Shown: positions 12,337 to 24,314, counted from the stretch's first letter. The stretch: DNA of 64,000 nt from Lingula anatina (GCA_051362555.1 CM120640.1:53980788-54044787); one strand, 5' to 3'. The notes: a model not told the origin generated them from the letters alone. A program made the numbers and translations.

Positions 12337-15300
12337 TTAGTCTATTTCTCATTTTCCTTTTTTTGGAAGCCTACGCAAAAGCATGTCACATTCATTTTAA
12401 GTAGTGAAATTACTACTGACAGACCAAAATTTACATTTTTAATTGTGAATGCTAAAACTATGCTTGGCTTAGATGAAGTGAGTTAAAAATTACCATTGCA
12501 AATATAAATCTATGATGTATGATTGAGTTTGGAATTTGCTGATGTGAAAGTTTCTGTCCCCATAAAATTGTACTTTTGGGGCCAAAATCTCATGTGCTGC
12601 CCCAGTGTTTTAAGGTGTATTCAGTACCAGTTGATCCCTGGACTCACTACCTATAGTCCGTGGATCAAATATGGCGTGACTCACTTAAAAGCATGCCGAG
12701 ATTGAATTGCTCTGTCCATGCTGGGATGGTGTGCATGGGAGGCGGGAATCCATTGTTAGGTACACACCATATTTGATCTGTGGACTAGTTAGTCTGGGAA
12801 TCAACTTGGTTGGGAATGCAGCCGTATTTTATTTTGATCAGATATAATTGATGATAAATATACAAAAACAGGTTTCATGGCTTTAAAGTGGTCATACGAG
12901 AGCCTGTTCCTAAAAGTGTTGAAATTTCTGTTACAGTTTAAAGTAAGGGGTATTTAGATGAAGTTTTAAGTAATGGATATTTAGATGAACTTGCCCTCAT
13001 TTTAATATGTGTCATGGAGTATAATTACATTTCTTGACCACTGCAGGTCAATCCAAAATGCCTACCAAGCAGGATGTACAAAGAAAGGAAATTCCAGAAG
13101 AACCAGAGAGCAGAAGCCAAATCAGAGATAGTAGCACAAGGTTGGTATATTTTCTTGTTGTCCTGAAAACAAAAATGTAAATTGGCTATGCAGTCCTGAA
13201 AATAATGAAATTACTCTGATTTAGGGCAGTGATAAGTATTTATTAGCCATTGTTGGGCTGGAGTATGGGATTCATAGTGGTTTAAGTTGTGTTCTATCAG
13301 GACCTACAGGTAGTATGGGGTGACAATTTGTGCTCAATGTAATATATTTGTCTGATCCAATTTTTTTTTTTTAAATTGCAAATTCAAAATTTTACCCCAG
13401 TAAATAGTACGTAAGAGTAAAAATATGACATATTACTTCTTGACAAAATAAAACTGCAACAGACTATTTTTAACAATTGGCAGAGCTTGTACTGCACTGT
13501 CATTCATAATCCATGTATGTGAATAAGTGACACAGAAAACCTAAATGTTGCATTATGAATTGTTTTCAGCCCAGTGATTCCACTGCAGTCCCTGTTAGAA
13601 TCTGGCTCCAGGTCTTCTGCACTCAGGCCAGATCTTCTAGACACTAATATTCCTGGTTCTGAGTTTGAAGGGGGGCATAGAACTTTAGAAACAGGTAAGT
13701 AACATTTGTCAGAGATAAAGTATACAAACAGACAACTTCCGGTCAAAATTGACTTTCAGAAGTTCTGAGCACCTCCATTTCATGAATTTCGGCCAGAACG
13801 ATCTTTTCCCAAATTTAATTATTTTCTACTGTTCGAAATTCATGGCACATTACCGTAAGTATGTTTCAGATTGCAGTCTTGGATATGAAAAATATGTTAC
13901 TGTTATTTTTGGGGTAAAAACTGTATTATGCTTGTTGCTATGGCTGATAACATTATTACTGTTGAAAATTACAGAAGTTCAAAGAATAATTACAGTAGGA
14001 TTTTGCATTTGCTGAAACATTTAAAAAAAAGCATGTGATGGCTGTATGATATTTTCTTTTAGGAACAAATGTTTTGGCTAGGTGGAAGGATGGATTCTTC
14101 TATCCAGGAGTTTTTATTTCTGTTGAGAAGAATGGAAAGTAAGATTTGTGTGTGGTTCATTTAATTTAATATTTTTTATTATTAGTCAATGATAAAATGA
14201 AAAATTTGTTATAATATTTTTAAACATATTCCCAAAAGAATGTTGGGCATTTTGAATTTTTTCGCCTTATAAAATTTACTAAGTTACATATCCAACCAAA
14301 TAATTATTAATCAGTATTAATCTCTGGTGGCAGGTACCTTGTATACTTTGATGATGAAGACCAGCGTCAGGTGAAAGCAGCAGATCTCATAGTCAATCCA
14401 GAGCTGCCAGTTGGCTTAAGTGTCATGGCATTGTCGGTTGATGGATATTTTGATTCCGCCATCATCTGTGAAGTTGACCAGAGGAAAGACCAGACACATT
14501 ACCTGGTTGAGCTTGATGATGGGAAGAAGAAAAGGTTGGTTTCTCCAGGAAGGAGTTTTGAAATGTGTGTTATTGATTTAATTGTTGATTACTGCATAGG
14601 TTAAAACCTAAGCCTCAAAAAATAATGGTCATGAGTTAGCGCATGACATTATTATGTGATTATACAAAATGAACTTGTTTAATGATGTTCCCCAAAGAAA
14701 GAAAAAAATCCTATTTCCTTTATTGAAATGCAGCATAAGAGCAAAGGACAGGTGCAGAAACGGATTTTGTACAGCACAGCAGCATTATTTATGTAGATGC
14801 AACATCCCTGGCATTATTTTTTCTTCTTCAAGTGTCAGGGTTGGTGCAGGCATTGACCATCATGGCCCTCCAGTTTACACCATTTTCAGTCAATTGGAGG
14901 AGCTCGTTGTTGGACAGTTGTTGATTTGTTGTAAAGGCATTACTAGTATTTATAAAATAAGTCCAAGTTGGCTGACAAATCTTAATTTATTTTGTAGATT
15001 GACCAAATCCAGCATAATTCTGAGTGTAGACCAGGCTGCTTTGTTACCATGTGTCAATAGGCCAGAGACTTGTCCTCCTCCAGCTACTGCTGCAGCTCAT
15101 CTGGGAGATGTTAGCCTGGGTAAGTCTCAGAATAAAGATTCTCAACAAATCTAGTTATTCTTCATCAGCATGGGGGAGGGGGTGATACATTAAGACATTT
15201 TAGTCACACTTGCTTTACTTTTCCTTTAATGTCACATGAAAACTTTGCCATTTAAAAAAAAAAGGGAGGCTGAAAGGTTTTTGGTTTTTCCAGATAATTT

Positions 15301-18300
15301 GATTGAAGGCAAGCGAAAAAGATCCTCAAAAACAGGAGAGCAGTCTGCTGTAGCTGGTACTGCCACCGAACCAGCTGATACGAGCACTTCTACCAATAGC
15401 AGCAAAGGGAAACAGCTGGCATCACAGGGTAAAAAGGGCCAGAAAAGGAAGTTTTCCCACTTGGAACCAAAGGCTACCAGCACTCCAACACCTAAAAGAA
15501 TGGCCTCTAGGTTAATTGAGGAAGGTATAAATTACATTTTTTCTATTCATTCTAAATATTCATTGTAGCCTCTATGTGATGTCACTATTCGCAATACGCG
15601 ATGCTTTCGAGTTACGTTGCCCAGGTTCACTGTAAGCTAACGGTATAAAAACATTTCAGCTTGTGTTTTATAATTATCATATATCATATGATACAATTTT
15701 TGGTTGTAAACATGATTTACCTATCCATCCTTCCTGCTTGTACTGAATTGAAAGGAAATAATGAAATGCAACCCTGTGACATTTCTTTAAGTTATACTAT
15801 TTGAGTATTTCTACCATCTACTTTATGGTTTTATTTTGGTAGGGTTTAGAGACAATAATTTAACATGGCTATGTGCATATACCCTATATTTTTAGAACAT
15901 CCTGGAACAAGCAGATCTAACATGGAAATCGAGACTGAATTTGATTTGTTTGCCAACGTAGAGCAGTCCCCTGTGACTGTCAGACGTTCACCTAGGAAAG
16001 CCAGAGCTGGTAAGAAAAAATATAACAAAATGCTACGATAAAAAAATGAAAGATTACATCAGATAGCAGTTCAAAAGAATTTAAGGGTAACTCGGCCTAC
16101 ATGAGACATGAATCAGAAGGTTGTCACATGCTGTATCAAGGTGTACAGGCTGTTTGGTTTGTTGTAACCTGAAATGTTTTTTTAAATTTTCTTTCCTTAG
16201 TACAAGGAAAAATTGTAATTCAGTTGATAAGCAGTTTAAGTTAGATAAAAGTACCTGAAAGATATCTTTGATTGATATAGACAACCTGAATATAGTATCA
16301 CATTTTATTCAATTTCTGTAAGTGTTTTACCCTTTATGAATGTATCTCTTAGGTCTGTTCACAGATGGGAAAGGTCCTATTCCTCCTCCTGGAAGCACTC
16401 TCTTCCAAGGTTATGCCTTCCTGCTCACCAATGTGGACAAGTCTGAGAATGAAAAAAAAGCAGAAAGGAAATTTTTACAACAGGGATTAGATTCTTCTAC
16501 TGATGACTCATCAATAGAGGGTAAGACAATGAGTTAATTTTACATTTATTGTAAAAACTGCATTTGATTTTGATACTTATGATATATGACTGTGTGTTCT
16601 CAGTTAATTTTGCCTTTTGATTGAATGAAAAATTAGACAAGGGGAAAGTACCCTTTTGTCAGATTAAAGTTATGAATCGCATTTGGATTTGATTTCTTTG
16701 GTGGAATATAAAATACTGCCAGATTACATTTTATTATTTTCTGTCCCATGTATTGTGTTCAGAAGAGGAAGAGGAGGTCGTTCCATTTGATAAGTGTCAT
16801 CTGCGAGCTCAGATTGAAGGTGGAGGAGGTGTGGTCCTGGACAAGTTCAATCCTAGTCAGGTAATTACAAAAAATGTTAGAAGTTTCTATAAACCTAAAT
16901 TCATGTTTTTTGTAAGCTCACACAATTAGATTATTTCACCAACCTGTTTAAGACTATTCTGTTAAGCTTGTGGTCAGGGTGTCTGCCTATGGAATGGGAG
17001 GACATGGGTTCAACCCCATCAGAGGATATACCATTCATTCATAAACGGTACCTGCTGTCGCCCAGCTTCGTGCTCAGCACTTGGGGGTTAAAACAGGGGT
17101 AAAGTTCCTGGTCTAGCAGCAAAACATAACATTTAGTTGCTAGCTTTCAGTACCTTATACAGAAAGTGGGCTGTATCCTCCCCAGGGAGGCCTTAGTCTC
17201 AACATCCAGTCTGTATAAGGGCCAAAAATGGCCAGGTGTCAAATGTTAAACTGCGCTGAGACACATGTGGAGTGTGGTAAACAGGAAATGAACTTAACTT
17301 TACTTTTAGTAAGAAAAGTTAGAATTTTATGTATGTATCATCTATTTGATGGAAAACAAGACAAATGTATAAAACAACCTTGCTAGAGTGATATCAGTTT
17401 ACTTATTTTACTTGATGTCCCAGATCTTAACTAGGATAAAATTTCTTAATTGTATTTACAATATTTAATATGCATGAAATTGTGTGTGTTTGTTTGTTTG
17501 TTTTTGGAAACAAAATGTAGTGAATTTATAGGAAGAGATCTGTGTGTATTGTGAATAGCTTTATGATATCGGGAAATGCAGACATTGTTTAAAAATTGTT
17601 GAAATGATAAATTCATGCCAGTTTTATGATGAATATGCTCAGAACAAAAAGCTGCACGTTTTCTGAAATATTCTCAATTCCTTAATTTCTTTGATAGTAA
17701 CCATTTTACTTCCTGTATGTTCACTAAATTTGCAAACAAGTAATTTTAGAATATCCATAAAATGGGTTGGATACCTATAGAAACCTTGGTCAGCCTTGTA
17801 ACAAATATTTAATAAACTTTCATACTTTATATTTCAGATTCATGCTGCACAGCAGGTGTGCCTCATATCTAGTGCCCACCAGAGAACAATCAAGTACCTG
17901 CAGTGCCTGGCTGCCTGTATACCATGTGTGTCTCATGTGTGGATCAGAGACAGCTGCAGATCGGTAAGATTGTCCAAGAAAAGAGAGAATAGAGATTGGA
18001 TGTTTTTTTTTTCCTTTTGAATGATTAGGTTGTTGCATAAATTGTTATTAAGTGGCCAGAGATTGAGGGAGATAAAGTTATTATTTCTTAATTTGAAATT
18101 GATTTAAAGAAATATCTTTTACCATCTTTGCCAAGAGCATTTTAAAGCCCCCCAAAAATTGTGTCTGCATTTATTTTCTGTTTACACACACACAGTATAT
18201 GACTAATTTTTGCTGCCTTTGATTTTAGAGTCAGTTGCTAGATCATAAAGCATATCTACTTCCTGCAGGAATCAACATAGAATCAAAGAGACTTGTAGAA

Positions 18301-19134
18301 TGGTAAGTAACATTTTCTGTAATGTTATGAAAGCTGTCAAACTTTTATTTCTTTGGTTATTGTCAGTGTATTGTCCAATCATTCAATCATCATGGCACTG
18401 TCTATATGACATCTTTTATCTTTAGGAACCCTAGGAATGATGCTTTGATGGGAATGTCAGTGCTGCTGGTGTCAAGTAATAAAGACTTCCAGCTAACATG
18501 GACATCTGTCCTGGAGGCTGCAGGGTGCCAGGTAACTGCCAAGATGCCTGGCCAGGTGCTTAAGTCAAGTAAGTATAAATGTAATGTAGCATCATTTTAT
18601 GCAGTACCAGTTCAGTAAACACATTCTAGGTAAAAATTTTGATGGGCATTTCCTGGAATTGAGTTGCTACAATTTCTGAAATACTTATTTTCTTTCCAAA
18701 AGTATACATTTTAGTCATCGTTTCTAAATTGGTGGAAATTTGCCACTAAAAAAAAGAAAAAGATTCCAAGGAGAAATAACAACATTAGCTTTTTTTGTTC
18801 TAGTAACACATACAGTTGATTAGTGATTGGCCATTTGAAATGAGAATAACTGCACAGTGATATACTTGCTACAAGTCTTAGCCCAAAACGCTGGGTTCTG
18901 ATCATTTTTCTCCCTGATTTTCATGGTTAGGTTTTGTATGTTTCAGGTTTCAAAGATGAAATATCAGTAGTGGTCACTGATAGCAGATGTCCGAAGAAAG
19001 TGATAACAATGTCAAGTGACTTTGGATTGCCAGTTGTGTCCACTGAGTGGGTCATCCAGTCCTTAATCAGTGGCCAGAGAATGAATTACTGTGGACATGT
19101 TAAATACAAATACAATTATGAAGAAACAATTTAA
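638..19134 (+). CDS. TP53BP1: p53-binding protein 1 (53BP1) orthologue, multi-exon, 5'-incomplete
   Basis: Phase-consistent exon chain read by eye: 638-723, 984-1120, 1397-1504, 1692-1775, 2007-2670, 6644-6757, 7047-7169, 7415-7550, 8079-8179, 8370-8505, 8827-9001, 9344-9847, 10098-10376 (GC donor), 10571-10708, 11001-12132, 13047-13140, 13570-13694, 14063-14138, 14334-14534, 14998-15119, 15294-15524, 15896-16009, 16353-16520, 16763-16860, 17838-17963, 18229-18302, 18426-18568, 18947-19134 (TAA). Diagnostic peptides: IRTVVEEIVTVRRIITEEIVIGG (oligomerisation domain), VLARWKDGFFYPG..YFDD (Tudor), DVSLDNLIEGKRKR (UDR/NLS), GPIPPPGSTLFQGYAFLLT..RTIKYL..VSHVWI..YLLPAG..VVSTEWVIQSLI (tandem BRCT). 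The N-terminal exons are less certain than the domain exons. Confidence 0.93.
2805..3141. mobile_element. Kolobok-like MITE
   Basis: TTAA on both sides; inverted ends ttaa-aggcataataactctt ... aagagttattattgct-ttaa. Confidence 0.7.
3216..4180 (-). mobile_element. 5'-truncated, frameshifted L2/CR1-group LINE fragment
   Basis: Minus-strand peptides WLNANSLVFNDGKTEV..VKNLGVIFD, FITSHLDYGNSLLYGLP..KLQSVQNAAARLLT, YGHRAFSISAPILWNQLP..FKKDFKTLF; 3' tail with AATAAA and (TAT)n. Confidence 0.85.
4241..5186. mobile_element. Non-autonomous DNA transposon, Tc1/mariner (ISRm11-like) type
   Basis: Left end CGGTAGGGGAAACCAGGGCTAGTTGG; right end CCAACTAACCCCGGTTTT is inverted and truncated; internal repeated GGGGCAAGTTGG/CCAACTTGCCCC motifs. 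Confidence 0.6.
10571..10708 (+). CDS. TP53BP1: 53BP1 exon encoding the oligomerisation-domain core
   Basis: cag|CCA...GAA|gtaagt. Peptide KIIRTVVEEIVTVRRIITEEIVIGGRVVKKTTRE resembles human MRTIREVRTLVTRVITDVYYVDGTEVERKVTE (recalled). Confidence 0.85.
12147..12263 (+). mobile_element. Terminal fragment of a HINE/Helentron-like element (family B)
   Basis: Begins with hairpin AGTACCACCAGCGT-gt-ACGCTGGCGGTACT; reverse complement matches 46097-46190. Confidence 0.65.
12267..12332. repeat. Compound (TA)n(GA)n microsatellite
   Basis: Directly visible. Confidence 0.95.
12626..12810. mobile_element. Small TAG...CTA-terminated MITE (Academ-like termini) with flanking related ends
   Basis: TAGTCCGTGGATCAAATATGGCGTG (12654) is inverted against CACACCATATTTGATCTGTGGACTA (ends 12787); outer inverted pair ACCAGTTGATCCCTGGACT / TAGTCTGGGAATCAACTTGGT. 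Confidence 0.6.
13728..13860 (+). mobile_element. Fragment of a dispersed repeat also present, inverted and interrupted, at 43250-45522
   Basis: ACAGACAACTTCCGGTCAAAA..CACCTCCATTTCATGAATTTCG..ATGGCACATTAC matches the reverse complement of 45372-45520 plus 43256-43267. Confidence 0.65.
14063..15524 (+). CDS. TP53BP1: 53BP1 tandem Tudor + UDR/NLS exons (14063-14138, 14334-14534, 14998-15119, 15294-15524)
   Basis: Spliced peptide GTNVLARWKDGFFYPGVFISVEKNGKYLVYFDDEDQRQVKAADLIVNPELPVGLSVMAL...HYLVELDDGKKKRLTKSSIILSVDQAALL...GDVSLDNLIEGKRKR; all junctions GT-AG and in phase. Confidence 0.93.
14820..14925 (-). mobile_element. RTE-type LINE 3'-end fragment
   Basis: Minus strand reads NNELLQLTENGVNWRAMMVNACTNPDT* followed by an (AGA)n tail, resembling RTE C-termini. 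Confidence 0.5.
16353..19134 (+). CDS. TP53BP1: 53BP1 tandem BRCT exons
   Basis: LFQGYAFLLT, PFDK, IEGGGGVVLDKF, HQRTIKYLQCLAACIPCVSHVWIRDSC, YLLPAG, WTSVLEAAGC, VVVTD, PVVSTEWVIQSLI. The phosphopeptide-pocket T, K, R and K positions appear retained. Confidence 0.93.
16964..17310 (+). mobile_element. tRNA-derived SINE with Meta/MESC-like core
   Basis: A-box-like AGCTTGTGG and B-box-like GGTTCAACCCC, then AAACGGTACCTGCTGTCGCCCAGCTTCGTGCTCAGCAC (resembles the MetaSINE core as recalled); LINE-like tail ending in (AACTT)-like repeats. Confidence 0.65.
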
Positions 19135-19533
19135 TTATCATTTTATGCTCAGCATATTGTTAAATACAAATATGAAGAAACAATTTAATTTTTATCATTT
19201 TATGCTCAGCATATTGCTCTTTGGTATTTTTATGGTGAAAATTTACATGACTTTTTTTACACAAATTAGAAATCTTATGAAGTCATGTTATTTAGATGCA
19301 TGGAATATTAATGTTTTAATAAAAGGTAGTTCTCTTTTTAGATCAATTGTTCATTTAATGCATGTTTATCTTATTTTGTACATAATGATTTGTAATTCAA
19401 ATTTAAACATTCAATACTGTCATGTTGCTTGATCATGTTTTATCAAATATGCTTTGAAAACCAATTGAAAGTTGGAGAAAATTTTGAATTGTGAGATTTA
19501 TCACATCATAGGCAGAATATCAATTCTGTTCCA

Positions 19534-21550
19534 TTTTTATGTACAGACACAGATGTGTCTGTACATATTGCCATCACCTGCGTCTGTCGTCGCCGTCCCT
19601 GTCGCCGTCCCTGTCGCCGTCGATGTCGCCGTCGCCGTCGCCGTGCACTTTCATCGTTAACACGATAAGTGGAAGACAGTTTTACTTTTTGGCTTTATAT
19701 TTACAGAGCTGATAAATATTCATAAAACGCAGGTCAAGTTCGAAAATCAGCATGTTTGGGCCATTATTGTAGAAGTTGTGCTGTTTTTTCACTTTTTAAC
19801 ATATATGCAACACTGTTAACACATTTCAAGGAAAACCGATAGGCCTGTTGTCATGAAACTCACAGGAGTAATCAATCTCACTAAAATGCAGGTCAAGTTC
19901 GAAAATCGGCATTATCGGGCCATTATTTTAGAAGTTATGCTGTTTTTTCACATTTCCTCAGATTCAATTCTTAGGCATGTTAACAGTCTCATTATTTAAC
20001 TAATAAGATACGTAAAGGTGTTTGTTTCACATTTCCTGCATCTGTACAACATTGATAGTTGATTGTGTAAAAATGATGGTAAACTTGTTATCGTGTATTG
20101 TGTAATAGAGTTTCAAATATGGAAATAAACTCATATCATTGCAGTCTGTCAGATTCAATCATTCACGATGTTCAGAATCTCAGAATGGAGGAAATTGGAC
20201 ATTTAACACTGTTGTATTGATACTTTCCCCATCTCATCAATTTTCTTAGTTGATCATATAAAAATGGCAGTAAACTGTTAATTTTGTTTCATGTTAAAAA
20301 ATTGTTAAAAATGGGAAAAAAAACATTTCAGAACAGTGCTGTCTTGTTTACTTTTTGGCATTTTCAAGATGTGACTTTGAAGTTCCATGGTCCTGAAGAC
20401 CTTTGCTAGTCACATTTTTTGAATATCCATGATACCAATATTTTATTATTAAAAATTGATGGTCATTATGCTGTTAAACATTATGTAACGTTGCATCAAA
20501 ATTTGAAGAAACCCCTATTTTGGACACTGCTCCCATGTCACTTACTGTTCTCAAACTTAGGGAAAGAAACAAGGGACTTAAATAAAGCTTCAGTGGGCAA
20601 TGTAGTCTATTTGGTAAATTTTGTTGGCAGTTAAACAGTTTTTTGTGAAAATTTAATTTTTCACATATTGGCATTTTCAAGGTGTGACTTAGAACCTCCA
20701 CGGGCTTGAAGACCCATGCTAGTCACATTTTCTGAAAATCCATGATAAGTGTATTTTATTATTAAAAACTGATGGTCTTTATGCTGTTAAGCATTATGTA
20801 ATATTGCATCAAAATAGAAGAAAACACAATTTTGGGTGCTGCTGCCATGATGACCATTATGGGTAAAGCATGTTACTTATGATTGTCAAACTTTCAAAAA
20901 AGAAACACAGGACTAAATTGCAGCCGAGTTGGAAAAGCAGTCTAATTTGCTTCTTTTTATTGTAGTAATACATTTTAGTGAAATATTCATATTTATCGTG
21001 TTGCCATTCATTGTGGGACTCAGAGCTCCCATGGACATAAAGCCGAATGGTAACCAAATGTTCTACATGTCCATGCTATTTATAGTCAATAATCAAAAAT
21101 TGGTGATAATTATTCTGTAATTTATTATGTAATGTTACATCAAAATTGACAAAAATGCACTGCTACAATAAACATTATGAAAAGAAACTGTGTTACTTAT
21201 TATTATTATTTTTAACTTACAAGTTTGATTTTTAGGATTGGCATGCAGTTCAAATTAGAAAGCCAGCTCAATTGGGTTATCATTTATAATTGAATTTATG
21301 CAATTTTGTGTAAAATTTTCATTTTTCTCATTCTGGCACTTTCAAAGTGTGAACTCTCATGGGCCTGAAGCCTTATGCTTGTTTCATATTTTATTTACAT
21401 TGGTGTTACCTGTTGAGCATATTTAAATTTTGATGTTGAATTTGCAGTTAAGCATAATGTACTTTTGTATCAGAATTGACAGCAGCCTATTTTGTGCATT
21501 GTTATTTTCAGCTTTTTGTCTGTACATTTGACAGCTTTGCTGCCTTGTTT
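19534..21550 (+). mobile_element. HINE/Helentron-like non-autonomous element (family A) downstream of the 53BP1 stop
   Basis: T-run, palindrome ATGTACAGACAC-aga-TGTGTCTGTACAT, (GTCGCC)n microsatellite, about 160-bp core units, then diverged 310-330-bp repeats. Inverted copies at 49930-50230 and 51420-52712. Right boundary approximate. Confidence 0.75.
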
Positions 21551-21768
21551 TAACCGTTTTTATTTAGTTGAAACTTTTATGAGCATTAGTATAGATAACC
21601 TAGATTGATATTTGGAAAGGCAGATCATTCTATATGCTGCCCTTTGTAATTCAATAATTGCATATATCATCTTTATTTAAATAAATTTGTAGATAAGTTT
21701 TTCAGTGTATATATGTATTTTAATGTAAATGTTTGTTTCCCATTGTATGAGAATATATTTATAATCAA

Positions 21769-21798
21769 ATTAAAACAAAACTTCATCAGAATTTTATT
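21769..21798. terminator. Candidate opposing polyadenylation signals (ATTAAA on +, AATAAA on -)
   Basis: ATTAAA at 21768-21773 (+) and TTTATT at 21793-21798 (AATAAA on -). Strand composition changes from T-rich to A-rich here. Confidence 0.45.
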
Positions 21799-21901
21799 GA
21801 TGCCATAAAATCATACCAACATGTTTTTAACTGAAATATGTTGGATTTTACCTTTACTGCACATAATAAGTAAATTTTATGTACCTCAAAAAATATTTTA
21901 A

Positions 21902-22169
21902 AGGTACACTGTATATATATATTAAAACATTTCCAAAAGTCATATTTTCCTTGTCTATGTATCCTTCAAAGCTACTAATCTTTCCCTATCAGACCTTAAA
22001 AAGATAAAATCCTTCAAATGAAATGTGGATGGTTCCTTCTTAAATTTACAGGAAGTCGTGGCATTTCAAGTGAAGGGGCCAGTCATTATGAACTAAATTA
22101 TTAAATTAAAAATGAAACGTACTTCTCTAAGTACTTCATTTTGGCAGGTAAATCTCTTACAGAGTACCT
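21902..22169. mobile_element. Kolobok-like MITE
   Basis: ttaa-AGGTACACTGTA ... TACAGAGTACCT-ttaa; the inverted similarity extends further out (AAATTTTATGTAC/GTACATAAAATTT). Confidence 0.55.
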
Positions 22170-22588
22170 TTAAGAACCATTTGGTGTACATAAAATTTGT
22201 GAACAGTCCTAATATATGTCATTTTCTTTTTTTGATATGCATGGGCAGCCAAATATTTACTAATCTTACAAGCATGTGTTCTTAAAGAAAAAATCATAAT
22301 TTATCTATTGAATGATTTACTTTTTTCAAATATATGCCCACCAAAAAGATACTACAATGTAACTCCATTAATACATTGTTCATGTTAAACAATTTGGAGA
22401 GGTTATGACCCATTAAAATATGCCATCTCTCATATTATTTTGAGAGAAAACTAGCTTCAATTACATGCCAGTCACTTGCCACATCTAACAAAATACTAAA
22501 TTTTTTTGAAGTTAAGCATATTAAAGTTTGTGATGGATAATTAAATATGAATATAAAGAATCATTTTCACATCAAACCAAAACCAGTC

Positions 22589-22781
22589 AGGCTGGATTTC
22601 ATATTTAAAAAAGTTATCTTTGTATGCACTTCATGTAATTACCATAAAGCGCATGCTTCACTTCTTTTAAGTTTTCATAACTGCATCTGCAGCTGGCTAG
22701 ATTTCATATTTAAAAAAATTATCTTTGTATGTGCTTCATGTAAATACCATAAAGTACACGTTTCCCTTCTTTAAGTTTTCT
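22589..22781. repeat. Tandem duplication of about 105 bp in the putative SACS 3' UTR
   Basis: GGCT[G/A]GATTTCATATTTAAAAAA[G/A]TTATCTTTGTATG...TACCATAAAG...TTTAAGTTTTC occurs twice. Confidence 0.85.
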
Positions 22782-23847
22782 CCTCATAACAGCTGGCATA
22801 TGATAACAGATGCATTAAAGTCACTAGGGTTATATTTATATTTATCATTTAAAGGCAACACAGATTTGTCCCCAAATGTCCCATGTTGATGCCCTAGATG
22901 AATGAAAATAGCTGTATTAATGAAGTGTTTAGTGTGCTCAAAGCACTGTACTTGTGAAGAATTACACATTGCTTATAATGACCCCTCTTTCAGAATGCAG
23001 CAGTACATGAGGGGATTATTTTATTTATCTTGATAATCCTTATTTTAATCTTTCAAGCTATTCTATTGCACCCAGGGGTTTTAAAAATCTGAATGCTTAT
23101 TCTTTTAACTACAATCTATGTATCATTTCTAAATATTAAGTAACATATCCCTAAATTGGTAACATTGGTGCAAGTTTCTTCACTTTAGGAAGATATAATT
23201 CTAATCCTTGATGCATTTTTTAAAAATCACCAAATAAATAAATAAATAAATAAATAAAATTTAAAAAATGGGCCCTTTTTAATCCTTACTTGAACCCTAC
23301 TGATAGGTAATAATAGATTTTGTCAAAACAGAAAATGCAGCTAATGAAAGTTATCTGTCCCATAGTTGCATAAAGTAAAGTGAGTATATTGTTATTTGGA
23401 CCTAGAGTTTAAGTATTCCATAGTCTACTAAGAGAATACCATTATAATATTTTAATTACTTATCATATATCATTAAAAAAATATTTTTCTAGGATCAGTT
23501 TGGGAAATACTGCCCAAATAAGGCCAAATATCATGCTTCTAAGACTTTTCCTTTAGATTTCTGAACCCTAAGGGCATGTTTCTAACAAACAAGTTAAAGC
23601 TACAAAGTTGCAATCCTTTAAAGTCTAATATTTCAAGCCTCTTTCCATACAGCATGTTACTCTTGAACATTGCTGATAACATAATATCATGTTCTCATGA
23701 TATTAGCCACATCAGAAGTATTGAATTTACAATAATGCAGAGACTAATTTATGTAATACATCACTCTAAAATAATGTGCATTCTTTATATTCAATAATTC
23801 AAAACATGCACTGTCAAACAAAAGTGGTAATGGACCTGACCAGAGTA

Positions 23848-23872
23848 CACACACACACACACACACACACAC
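23848..23872. repeat. (AC)n microsatellite
   Basis: Directly visible. Confidence 0.9.
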
Positions 23873-24314
23873 TTGAAAAGAGTGTTTAAATGAGTAATAA
23901 GAAAAAAGTTGACATACACAGAAGAAAAGCTCCAAAATCACGATCAAAATCTGCACCATGGAGTATTTTGCATAATCCTTCCCTGTGCCTTAAAAAGATG
24001 ATACTGTACAACCATGTTCACTCTATTTTACATCATATGCTGTGTTGGTACAGAAAAAAATATACAAAATTCGCATAGAAATGTGAAAGAACATCAAAAT
24101 CTATTTTAAATGTTGTAAATTGCATGAACTACATGTACCAATACAAATATATATATACAAGGCCTTAATGCAATGTAAAATCATAGATCACAAAAACTTA
24201 TTTACAATGAATTTGTATCAAATATATTACAAATATCATACCCAGGTTAACACAATCTTGTTATTTTACAGTGTTCTAAAAATCAAATATATCCTGGAAA
24301 GCTATGAAAACACT

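Noticed and set aside
16964-17035. tRNA gene
   Set aside because: The cloverleaf is degenerate and continues into a SINE core and tail.
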